Shown here one piece after another: positions 52,945 through 64,000 of a stretch of 64,000 nucleotides of DNA (position 1 is its first letter; every line of letters starts with the position of its first letter). The stretch is from assembly GCF_006345805.1 (NCBI RefSeq), contig NC_042997.1, positions 192,200,001-192,264,000 on the forward strand. Reading direction: 5' to 3'. Origin of the DNA: Octopus sinensis. Its lineage: Eukaryota. Position numbers and translations under genes: made by a program. The notes beneath the pieces were generated by a model that did not search any database, was not told the origin of the DNA, and worked only from the letters and a program-made list of their open reading frames with translations.

Positions 52945-53455
52945 AGGACCAATGCCAGTGCCTCTTGACTGGCTCCTGTGCTGTTGGGACGTAAAAAGCA
53001 GTATTTGAATGTGGTCGATGCCCGGTCCACCTGACTGGCTCCTGACCCCATGGCACGTAAAAGGCACCAACCAATCATGACCGATGCCAGTACCCCCTCT
53101 ATGCTGGTGGCACATAAAAAGTACCCACTACACTCCGAATGTGGTCAATGCCAGGTCCACCTGACTGGCTCCTGTGCCCATGGCACGTAAAAGGCACCAA
53201 CCAATCATGACTGATGCCAGTACCCCCTCTATGCTGGTGGCACATAAAAAGTACCCACAACACTCTTGGAGTGGTTGGTGTTAGGAAGGGCAGCCAGCTG
53301 TAGAAACTTTGCCAGATCAGATTGGAGCCTGGTGCAGCCGCTGGCTCTCCAGACCTGTCAAACCGTCCAACCCATGCCAGCATGGAAAACGGACGTTAAT
53401 CGATGATGATGATGGTGATGATGATAATGATGATGATGATGATGATGATGATGAT
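52945..53455 (+). mobile_element. Solo RTE 3'-end element (family C) with a 130-bp internal tandem duplication
   Basis: GAATGTGGTC.ATGCC.GGTCCACCTGACTGG at 53007 and 53137. Confidence 0.8.
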
Positions 53456-53584
53456 GGTGTGGTCAGCAGGCAGAGTTGTTAGCATGCTGGACAAGACACT
53501 TAGTGATATTTTGTTTGTCTTTACATTCTGAGTTCAAATTCTGCCAAGGTTAGGGTACATATGCTTTTAGTACCTATAGTAGAA

Positions 53585-54395
53585 AGGATATCATTATTAT
53601 ATTATACCATAGTGAAGATTGCCCCACCAACCACCTTTAACTGGGAGGGCAAGGCAATTTTCCTTTGTCTAGTGGCTGTAGTGAAAGAGGTGGTATGGTG
53701 GACCTGTAGTGAAAGAGGTGGTATGAAGGCGGCGAGCTGGCAGAAACGTTAGCACGCCGGGCGAAATGCTTAGCGGTATTTCATCTGCGTTACGTTGTGA
53801 GTTCAAATTCCGCCGAGGTCGACTTTGCCTTTCATCCTTTCGGGGTCGATAAATTAAGTACCAGTTACGCACTGGGGTTGATGTAATCGACTGAATACCT
53901 ATGTCTGTCCTTGTTTGTCCCTTCTGTGTTTAGCCCCTCGTGGGTAATAAAGAAATAGGTATGATGGACCTGTTTGAAAGGGCTAAAGTCAGACACTTTC
54001 CTCTTTGGCCAAGGCCTCATCAACTTTTTCAAGTTCCACTTGGAAAGGAAGATGAGAGTAGAGAGGGAAAGGTGGGTGAATGTCGGTAAAATGGCCAGTA
54101 TGAACAGACCAATTCTGAGGATACACCTATAGTATAAAAAGGTATTATAAAAAGAGAAAGGGGCTCTCTACCCACCTTTTGACCAGGCTCCCGTGGCTTT
54201 TATGGGTTTTTCCATAAGTAAACTTTCAAACTGCCTCCCCCTATTGGGAGATTTATTTGTTATATTTTTCGCTATGATTTTAATGTTTACACGGACCTTT
54301 TTTTTTTTCACAAAGCCCTTTGTACTTTTTGTCCTGTGTTTGTCCTTACATGTTTTTTGATTTATGTTAGCCCTTGTGGCCAATAAAACCAGAAT
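53585..54395 (+). mobile_element. Tx1/L1-like LINE 3' end (ORF2 end, 3' UTR, AATAAA, ATT tail) split by SINE B
   Basis: ...EGKAIFLCLVAVVKEVVWWT...GLINFFKFHLERKMRVER, homologous to 33570-33770. Confidence 0.8.
53726..53957 (+). mobile_element. SINE family B (consensus-like) with 16-bp TSD
   Basis: GGTATGGTGGACCTGT (53692-53707) and GGTATGATGGACCTGT (53958-53973). Confidence 0.9.
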
Positions 54396-54416
54396 TAATT
54401 ATTATTATTATTACTA

Positions 54417-54454
<38 letters not shown>

Positions 54455-54553
54455 ATTATTATTATTATTCCATTTTTTGTAGTAATAGTAGTAGTAGTAG
54501 TAGTGGTGGTGGTGGTGGTGATGATGGTGGCGGCGGCAGGGGTGGTGGTAGTG

Positions 54554-54600
<47 letters not shown>

Positions 54601-54814
54601 GGTGGTGGTGGTGGTGGCGTCAGCAGTGGTCGTGGTAGTGGTAGTGGTAGTAGTAATAGTAGTAGTGGTGGTGGTGGTGGTAGTAGTAGTAGTAATAGTA
54701 GTAGTAGTAGTGGTGGTGGTAGTGGTAGTGGTGGTGGTGGTGGCATCGGCGGCGGCAGCAGTGGCGGTAGTAGTAGTAGTTGTAGTAGTAGTAGTAGTAG
54801 TAGTCGTAGTAGTA

Positions 54815-54881
<67 letters not shown>

Positions 54882-54925
54882 CATTAGTGGTGGTGGTGGT
54901 GGTGGTGGTGGTGGTAGTAGTAGTA
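54395..54925. repeat. Compound trinucleotide tract (ATT/AGT/GGT/CGT)
   Basis: Direct inspection. Confidence 0.95.
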
Positions 54926-55409
54926 AGTAGAAGCCCCAAAATAAATTCATTTCTCTTTCCATCAAATCCTGACAAGTTAAAATCTTTTCTTCCCATCCCT
55001 TCAAGAAGTTAAAATAAGTCAGTTCTGGGCATCAACTTCATCATTTCAATCAGGTATCCCCTATTCACCTCTTACCAATTGAGATGCTCTCATGCTGATG
55101 TAAGAAGCTATGATTTTATTGGTTCTGTCATATCGCTGGAGGCTGGAATTTTTTTTTTTTTTGCTTTTTGATTTGTTTATTTTTTTCTTCGACAACTTCT
55201 TTGGCAAATAAAATTCTGGTAAATCCTTTTTTTGAAATGGCAGTTAGTTTGTATAAGGTATAAGAAAAAGAAAAAGAAAAAGAAAAAAGAAAAAAAGAAA
55301 TAACAAACAAAACATAAAAATAAAGTGTTTTGTTTTTGTTTTTGTTTTTTCAAGATTATTTTAATGAAAATGTGAAGAAGGTAATGCAAGTAAGGTGTGT
55401 TTGCTGTTT

Positions 55410-55548
55410 CAATAGCCATCATCATCATCATCATTATCATCATCATCACTATCACTACAATTATCATCATCCCTGTCATCATCAGCATCATCAGCATCAT
55501 CATCATCATCATCGTTGTTGTCTTCGTCATCGCCGCTGCCACCACCAC

Positions 55549-55594
<46 letters not shown>

Positions 55595-55762
55595 GTCATC
55601 ATCATCATCATCACTATCACTACAATTATCATCATCCCTGTCATCATCACCATCATCATCATCGTTGTCATCGTTGTCGTCTTTGCCACTTCGTCGTTGC
55701 CACTGCCACCACCACCACCACCACCACCATCATTATCATTATCATCATCATCTGCTGCTGTC

Positions 55763-55850
<88 letters not shown>
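55410..55850. repeat. Compound CAT/GCT/ACT tract with an internal duplication
   Basis: CACTATCACTACAATTATCATCATCCCTGTC occurs twice. Confidence 0.9.
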
Positions 55851-55851
<1 letters not shown>

Positions 55852-55899
55852 ATGATCCACTAAAGATGTCTCAACATGGTCACTTGACTTGTTAGAAAG

Positions 55900-56490
55900 A
55901 GCAGGCAAATTCTCATACAATCACATAGTATTATTATCTTAGTGAGCTCCTTTATGCTGTTAATGCAGTTCTTGCTGCTCACACTGAAGAAGACATGCAG
56001 GCCTATAATGGATCTCGTCTCTAGAGCATGCACTGCTTTTGGTGCAGTCTTCAATCTGAAGGAGACAAAGGTCATATTCTCTCAGCCTTCAGGCCAACTC
56101 TATCTCAAAACTAACACCTTCGTCCATGATAAAGATTGGATGCGGTCAGCTTTTTTGTCTACATTCGCAGTTCTCTTTCTGGAGATGGATCCCTTGATTC
56201 TGAAGTAATCTAAGGATCAAAAAGGGCAACAAACATTTGGAAGGCTCGAAAACTGTATAAGATCTGACTGAGTTTTCATGATCAAAACCAAATTAAGAAC
56301 AGACTACATATCATTGTCATATCAAGACTTTGGAAGATTACATCAAACTTGTCTTGGGAGGATCTTGATGCTTATCAAATGGCAATCTCTAGCACCAGAC
56401 ATCATGTTGTTCTTTAGTATGCCAACATATCCAATATTTAAATGTTCTTTTTGTGCAATCAGATGCGTTGGGCTGGCATCTTATTAGGAC
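55900..56490 (+). mobile_element. Decayed RTE/BovB-like RT fragment
   Basis: ELLYA.., AAHTEEDMQ, DLVSRACTAFGAVFNLKETKVI, ..SSLSGDGSLDSEV, FGRL. Confidence 0.7.
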
Positions 56491-56515
56491 GCAGGATGAC
56501 ATATAAATATATATA

Positions 56516-56814
56516 TCTTTATATATAAAAGTGAAGTTGTGTGTCTGTCTCCTACGATTTAGATTCCTAACTACTCCCACATTTTGCGGTGCAGTGTAAC
56601 CAAAAGCGGGTATCTTATAGTCGTGATTCATATCGAGCCCTTCTGGGTATTAGCACGCGTCTACGATGAGTCTATGATTTAAAAAAAAATTTACCATCAT
56701 TTTTTCCCATTTTTAATGCATTTTTTTGCTATTATATAAGGGAAGTAACTCTCTAAAAATGTTTATATAGTTATTTCCCTTACAAACCCGAGCAACGCCG
56801 GGCGATACTGCTAG
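56516..56814 (+). mobile_element. Non-autonomous Helitron
   Basis: A|TCTTTATATATAAAA start; 3' CCCGAGCAACGCCGGG hairpin then CTAG|T. Confidence 0.75.
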
Positions 56815-56815
56815 T

Positions 56816-56859
<44 letters not shown>

Positions 56860-56862
<3 letters not shown>

Positions 56863-59602
56863 TCATCATCATCATCATCATTTAACGTCCGCTTTCCATG
56901 CTAGCATGGGTTGGACGGTTCAACTGGGGTCTGGGGAGCCCGAAAGCTGCACCAGTCCAGTCAGATCTGGCAGTGTTTCTACAGCTGGATGCCCTTCCTA
57001 ACGCCAACCACTCCGAGAGTGTAGTGGGTGATTTTATGTGCCACCGACACAGGTGCCAGACGAGGCTGACAAACGGCCACACTCGGATGGTGTTTTTATG
57101 TGCCACCGACACAGGTGCCAGACGAGGCTGGCAGACGGCCACGCTCGGATGGTGTTTTTATGTGCCACCGACACAGGTGCCAGACGAGGCTGGCAGACGG
57201 CCACGCTCGGATGGTGTTTTTATGTGCCACCGACACAGGTGCCAGACGAGGCTGGCAGACGGCCACGCTCGGATGGTGTTTTTATGTGCCACCGACACAG
57301 GTGCCAGATGAGGCTGGCAAACGGCCACGATCGGATGGTGCTTGTTACGTGCCCACAGCACGGAGGCCAGTCGATGCGGTACTGGCTACGGCCACGTTCG
57401 GATGGTTTTCTTATGTGCCACGTGCCACCGGCACTGGTACCACAAAGATACAAATTCCATTGATGTTCATCTATTTTGATTTGTTTTGATTTGATTTTCA
57501 CTTGCCTCAACAGGTCTTCACAAGTGTCACAAGAAGGAAGGTATGCACAGGTGGACTGACTACGTCCAGGTAGGGGCCATGGGTTATGGCCTGACTAGTC
57601 TTGCCGGGTCTTCGGATGGTGTTTTTATGTGCCACCGACACAGGTGCTAGATGAGGCTGGCGAACGGCCACGATCGGATGGTGTTTGTCATGTGCCCACC
57701 GCACTGACTACGGCACTGATGGATTCTTGTGTGCCACAGGCACTGGTACCACAAGATACAAATTCCATTGATGTTCATCTATTTTGTCTATTTTGATTTG
57801 ATTTTCACTTGCCTCAACCGGTCTTCACAAGTGTCACAAGAAGGAAGGAAGGTATGCACAGGTGGACTGACTAGTCTTGCCGGGTCTTCGGAAGGTGTTT
57901 TTATGTGCCACCGACACAGGTGCCAGATGAGGCTGGCGAACGGCCATGATCGGATGGTGTTTGTTACGTGCCCACAGCACGGAGGCCGGTCGATGCGGAA
58001 CTGGCTACGGCCACGTTCGGATGGTTCTCATGTGTGCCACCGGCACTGGTACCACAAAGATACAGATTCCATTGATGTTCATCTATTTTGATTTGTTTTG
58101 ATTTGATTTTCACTTGCCTCAACAGGTCTTCACAAGTGTCACAAGAAGGAAGGTATGCACAGGTGGACTGACTACGTCCCAGGTAGGGGCCATGGGTTAT
58201 GGCCTGACTAGTCTTGCCGGGTCTTCGGATGGTGTTTTTATGTGCCACCGACACAGGTGCTAGATGAGGCTGGCGAACGGCCACGATCGGATGGTGTTTG
58301 TCATGTGCCCACAGAACGAGGCCAGTCGATGCGGTACTGGCTACGGCCACTTTCGGATGGTTTTCTTGTGTGCCACCGGCACTGGTACCACAAAGATACA
58401 AATTCCATTGATGTTCATCTATTTTGATTTGTTTTGATTTGATTTTGATTTGATTTTCACTTGCCTCAACAGGCCTTTGATTTTCACTTGCCTCAACAGG
58501 CCTTCACAAGTATCACAAGGAGGAAGGTATGCACAGGTGGACTGACTACGTCCCAGGTAGGGGCCATGGTTTATGGCCTGACTAGTCTTGCCGGGTCTTC
58601 GGAAGGTGTTTTTATGTGCCACCAACACAGGTGCTAGATGAGGCTGGCGAACGGCCACGTGCCCACAGCACGATGGCCAGTGATGCGGTACTGACTACGG
58701 CCATGTTCGGATGGATTCTTGTGTGCCACCGGCACTGGTACCACAAGCGGTACTGACTACTTTTATGTGCCACCGACACAGGTGCTAGATGAGGCTGGCG
58801 AACGGCCACGACCGGATGGTGTTTGTTATGTGCCCACAGCACGATGGCCAGTGATGCGGTACTGACTACGGCCACGATCGGATGGATTCTGTGTGCCACC
58901 GGCACTGGTACCACAAGCGGTACTGATTACGGCCACGTTCGGATGGATTCTTGTGTGCCACCGGCACTGGTACCACAAGCGGTACTGACTACGGCCACGT
59001 TCGGATGGATTCTTGTGTGCCACTGGCACTGGTACCACAAGGATACAAATTCCATTGATGTCATCTATTTTGATTTGTTTTGATTTGATTGATTTTCACT
59101 TGCCTCAGCAGGTCTTCACAAGTCGGAAGGTATGTACAGGTGGACTGACTACGTCCCAGGTAGGGCCCACGTGTTATGACCTGACTAGTCTGCCGGGTCT
59201 TCGGATGGTGTTTTTATGTGCCACCATGTTCCCACAGCACGGAGGCCAGTCGATGCGGTACTGGCTACGGCACGTTCGGATGGTTTTCTTGTGTGCCACA
59301 GGCACTGGTACCACAAAGATACAAATTCCATTGATGTTAATCTATTTTGATTGATTTTCACTTGCCTCAGCAGGTCTTCACAAGTGTCCCAAGAAGGAAG
59401 GTATGCACAGGTGGATCGACTACGTCCCAGGTAGGGCCCACGGGATATGGCCTGACTAGTCCTGCCGGGTCCTCTCATGCACAGCACACTTCCATAGGAC
59501 TCGGTCTTCAGTCATTTCCTTGGTGAGACCTAAAGTTCGAAGGTCGTGCTTCACCACCTCGTCCCAGGTTTTCCTGGGTCTACCTCTTCCACAGGTTCCC
59601 TC
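56860..59602 (-). mobile_element. 5'-truncated RTE LINE with a greatly expanded 3' UTR
   Basis: 59455-59602 encodes EGTCGRGRPRKTWDEVVKHDLRTLGLTKEMTEDRVLWKCAVHERTRQD*. The UTR has five 62-bp units and at least six ~300-bp higher-order units; (GAT)n tail at 56860. Confidence 0.88.
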
Positions 59603-59945
59603 GTCTATATGTATGTATATGTGTGTATATATATATATAGGTGTAGTAGTAGCTGTGTGGTAAGTAGAGAAGCAGAAGATCGGCGAGCATCTTTTGCTAC
59701 TCTCATTAATATCATAATTTCGTTTATCATTTCATCTCATTAATGTAATGTCCAGCCTGCAGCTACATCTGTGTAATGCCCTTGTGGCAAATTATATGAA
59801 TAAAATAGCTTGCTTATCAACAACATGGTCCCAGGTTCGGTCCCACTGTGTGGCATCTTGAGCAAGTGTCTTCTACTATAGCTTCGGGCAGACCAAACCT
59901 TGAGAGTGGATTTGGTAGATGGAAACTGAAAGAAGCCCATTGTCC

Positions 59946-60005
<60 letters not shown>

Positions 60006-61109
60006 CATACATGTGTGTTTATGTTTGTGGGTCTGTGTCTGTCCCCCCACCATCGCTTGACAAACGATGTTGGTGTGTTTACGTTCCATAACTTAGCGGT
60101 TTGGCAAAAGAGATCGATAGGATAAGTACTAGGCTTACAAACAATAAAACTTGGGTTGATTTGCTCGACTAAAGGCGGTGCTCCAGCATGGCCACAGTCA
60201 AATGACTGAAACAAGTAAAGGAATAAAAGAATAAAAGAATATATATATGTGTGTATGTATGAAATCAAAGCATGAGTATCTTTATTCTTTTTTTCTTTCA
60301 TTCTTTTACTTGCTTCAGTCATTTTGACTGTGGCCATGCTGGAGCACCGCCTTTAGTTGAACAAATCAACTCAGGTCTTATTGTTTGTAAGCCTAGTACT
60401 TATCCTATTGGTCTCTTTTGCTGAACCGCTAAGTTAAGGGAATGTAAACACACCAATATCATTTGTCAAGCGATGGTGTGGGGACAAACACAGACACACA
60501 AACATATACACACATGTATGTATGTATAATATATATATATATATATATATACACATACATACATGTGTGTTTATGTTTGTGGGTCTGTGTCTGTCCCCCC
60601 ACCATCGCTTGACAAACGATGTTGGTGTGTTTACGTTCCATAACTTAGCGGTTTGGCAAAAGAGATCGATAGGATAAGTACTAGGCTTACAAACAATAAA
60701 ACTTGGGTTGATTTGCTCGACTAAAGGCGGTGCTCCAGCATGGCCACAGTCAAATGACTGAAACAAGTAAAGGAATAAAAGAATAAAAGAATATATATGT
60801 GTGTATGTATGAAATCAAAGCATGAGTATCTTTATTCTTTTTTTCTTTCATTCTTTTACTTGCTTCAGTCATTTTGACTGTGGCCATGCTGGAGCACCGC
60901 CTTTAGTTGAACAAATCAACTCAGGTCTTATTGTTTGTAAGCCTAGTACTTATCCTATTGGTCTCTTTTGCTGAACCGCTAAGTTAAGGGAATGTAAACA
61001 CACCAATATCATTTGTCAAGCGATGGTGTGGGGACAAACACAGACACACAAACATATACACACATGTATGTATGTATATATATATATATATATACAATGG
61101 GCTTCTTTC

Positions 61110-61500
61110 AGTTTCTTGAATACCGAAGGGAGAGATATACTATCACATATGTACAGAAAATCCTGTTCCAAACTTCAGCATTAGAGAGAATTTTAATGCA
61201 CAAACTGTTAGATATTGTCAGTTTCCAAATATACCGCCTTCAAAATCACAAGCAAAAACACTTTATTGTACCAGTCTGATATTAAGAGGTCCTCAACTGC
61301 TCAATTGCTTGCCTAAAGTAATCAGAATATCAAAGGAACCTCTGCTGAAACATTAAAGAAGAAGAAAGATTGGATAAACTCCTAACAATAATTCCAGACC
61401 AGTCAGCCATTGAAGTATGCACTTAGAAGAGATCTGCTACCAATTCAATCATAGACCAACTTCCAGCCATAAAGTGGGAACAAAGCTGATAGAAAATAAA
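61110..61500 (+). mobile_element. CR1-like LINE 3' remnant (duplicated at 62520-62910)
   Basis: LEYRRERYTITYVQKIL..., RGPQLLNCLPKVIR, RSATNSIIDQL. Confidence 0.65.
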
Positions 61501-61682
61501 TGAAAGTGGTGCTCCACCATGGGTGCAGTTCTGTGGTTGAAACTACCCAACTATATGGTTTTGGGTTCAGTTCCACTGTGTGTTGCCTTAGCCTTGCATC
61601 AACCAAAGCTTCTCAGTGGATTTGGTAGATGGAAATGAAACCCGTCCTACATGTATATGTATAAATCATATATATATATATA

Positions 61683-61832
61683 TGTGACAATTATTCGGTA
61701 GCCATGATAAAACTCCGAGTTTAGGATACCGAGGTAGAAATCCATGCCGCCATCTGAAGAGATGGCGGCGTGGATTTCCACCCTGACATCTGAAACTCGG
61801 AGTTTCATCATGGCTACCAAATAATTGTCACA
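61683..61832. mobile_element. 150-bp hairpin MITE with TA flanks (second copy at 63091-63240)
   Basis: TA|TGTGACAATTATTCGGTAGCCATGAT...GCCGCCATCT-GAAG-AGATGGCGGC...ATCATGGCTACCAAATAATTGTCACA|TA. Confidence 0.85.
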
Positions 61833-61922
61833 TATTACAATATTACATTACAGATAAATTCCTCTATTTATATAATATCGAAGTCTCTTTCATTCTTTTG
61901 TTGTCTTACCATTTTTATCAAT

Positions 61923-61956
<34 letters not shown>

Positions 61957-64000
61957 CACATACATACATACATGTGTGTTTATGTTTGTGGGTCTGTGTC
62001 TGTCCCCCCACCATCGCTTGACAAATGATGTTGGTGTGTTTACGTTCCCATAACTTAGCGGTTTGGCAAAAGAGATCGATAGGATAAGTACTAGGCTTAC
62101 AAACAATAAAACTTGGGTTGATTTGCTCGACTAAAGGCGGTGCTCCAGCATGGCCACAGTCAAATGACTGAAACAAGTAAAGGAATAAAAGAATAAAAGA
62201 ATATATATATGTGTGTATGTATGAAATCAAAGCATGAGTATCTTTATTCTTTTTTTCTTTCATTCTTTTACTTGCTTCAGTCATTTTGACTGTGGCCATG
62301 CTGGAGCACCGCCTTTAGTTGAACAAATCAACTCAGGTCTTATTGTTTGTAAGCCTAGTACTTATCCTATTGGTCTCTTTTGCTGAACCGCTAAGTTAAG
62401 GGAATGTAAACACACCAATATCATTTGTCAAGCGATGGTGTGGGGACAAACACAGACACACAAACATATACACACATGTATGTATGTATATATATATATA
62501 TACAATGGGCTTCTTTCAGTTTCTTGAATACCGAAGGGAGAGATATACTATCACATATGTACAGAAAATCCTGTTCCAAACTTCAGCATTAGAGAGAATT
62601 TTAATGCACGAACTGTTAGATATTGTCAGTTTCCAAATATACCGCCTTCAAAATCACAAGCAAAAACACTTTATTGTACCAGTCTGATATTAAGAGGTCC
62701 TCAACTGCTCAATTGCTTGCCTAAAGTAATCAGAATATCAAAGGAACCTCTGCTGAAACATTAAAGAAGAAAAAGATTGGATAAACTCCTAACAATAATT
62801 CCAGACCAGTCAGCCATTGAAGTATGCACTTAGAAGAGATCTGCTACCAATTCAATCATAGACCAACTTCCAGCCATAAAGTGGGAACAAAGCTGATAGA
62901 AAATAAATGAAAGTGGTGCTCCACCATGGGTGCAGTTCTGTGTTTGAAACTACCCAACTATATGGTTTTGGGTTCAGTTCCACTGTGTGTTGCCTTAGCC
63001 TTGCATCAACCAAAGCCTTCTCAGTGGATTTGGTAGATGGAAATGAAACCCGTCCTACATGTATATGTATAAATCATATATATATATATATGTGACAATT
63101 ATTCGGTAGCCATGATAAAACTCCGAGTTTAGGATACCGAGGTAGAAATCCATGCCGCCATCTGAAGAGATGGCGGCGTGGATTTCCACCCTGACATCTG
63201 AAACTCGGAGTTTCATCATGGCTACCAAATAATTGTCACATATTACAATATTACATTTACAGATAAATTCCTCTATTTATATAATATCGAAGTCTCTTTC
63301 ATTCTTTTGTTGTCTTACCATTTTTATCAATATATATATATATATATATATACAAATTGAGATAGGGGTTGTAAATGCAACCCTCTATGGGATAATGTAT
63401 ATCCAATATACTGCTAGTGAAGTACCCAACAAAGTTAATACATAAATGTTAATGATTGCGATGCAATCAATTCATTTACTGTATTATATGGGCAAAGGTA
63501 AAATGATTTACCACAAATTACTAATACAAGATAAGAAAATGGAGAAATACATCTAAATCAAATATCAATTACCATATAGTACTCAATCACATACTTTATT
63601 AAACCACCACGTAAGAGACTGTAGGGTTAAATATAAAAAGCAGAACAAATCAGTGTACATAAAGGAATGTACATAAAAAAGTGTACATAAAAGAGTAATG
63701 TTGTATAATAAGTAGAATATATATAAAAGAGAATATAAATACAAGTAAATATAAATATAAGTATAAATTAGATCTTACAGCTGTTTCGGCCATATATATA
63801 TATATATGCAAATAATTCACAGAAAAATAATTTGCGAATTTACGATTGACTTTGTCATAATCTAGTGAAACAATTTTTAAAAATTTATAGCAGAATCAAT
63901 AATATAGGTGATTGCAGGCCCCATAAAAGACATTAAATAGCTGAAAGATTAAAATTAATCAAAGGACATACTAAGTATGTCTACCTACTAAGCACGTCTA

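Larger units (their letters stand above)
59990..63345. repeat. Recent tandem duplications, X-X-Y-X-Y (552-bp and ~1409-bp periods)
   Basis: X (tail-to-tail SINE-A halves) at ~59990, 60545 and 61950; Y at ~61085 and 62495; few substitutions between copies; breakpoints in (TA)n. Confidence 0.9.

Noticed and set aside
57033-57340. 62-bp repeats as a CRISPR-like array
   Set aside because: Head-to-tail units without unique spacers; they are part of the RTE 3' UTR.

Overview
AT-rich, repeat-saturated eukaryotic DNA. The SINE/LINE/microsatellite content is what I associate with Octopus genomes (inference). I find no intact host protein-coding gene. Almost all entries in the ORF track are microsatellite read-through (TA, CA, GAT, TAG, ATT). 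The window contains dozens of copies of at least three tRNA-derived SINE families (A, B, D); RTE-clade LINE remnants and their solo 3' ends; Tx1/L1-like, CR1-like and BovB-like LINE remnants; Tc1/mariner remnants and MITEs; TTAA-flanked piggyBac-type MITEs; three non-autonomous Helitrons; Penelope-like fragments with hammerhead-ribozyme motifs; many 140-400 bp fold-back palindromes; and several tandem duplications. Highlights: (1) a nest at 27052-30241 where a mariner remnant holds a 10-unit piggyBac-type MITE array, whose first unit holds a ~475-bp copy of sequence from 6.6 kb downstream; (2) a C4HC3 PHD-type finger inserted inside the RT of both long RTE copies; (3) SINE-B shares its 3' end with the Tx1-like LINE, and three SINE-B insertions have 15-17 bp TSDs starting GGTA; (4) minimal hammerhead motifs at 41815 and 46124. 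All alignments were done by eye, so family names and identity figures need computational confirmation.
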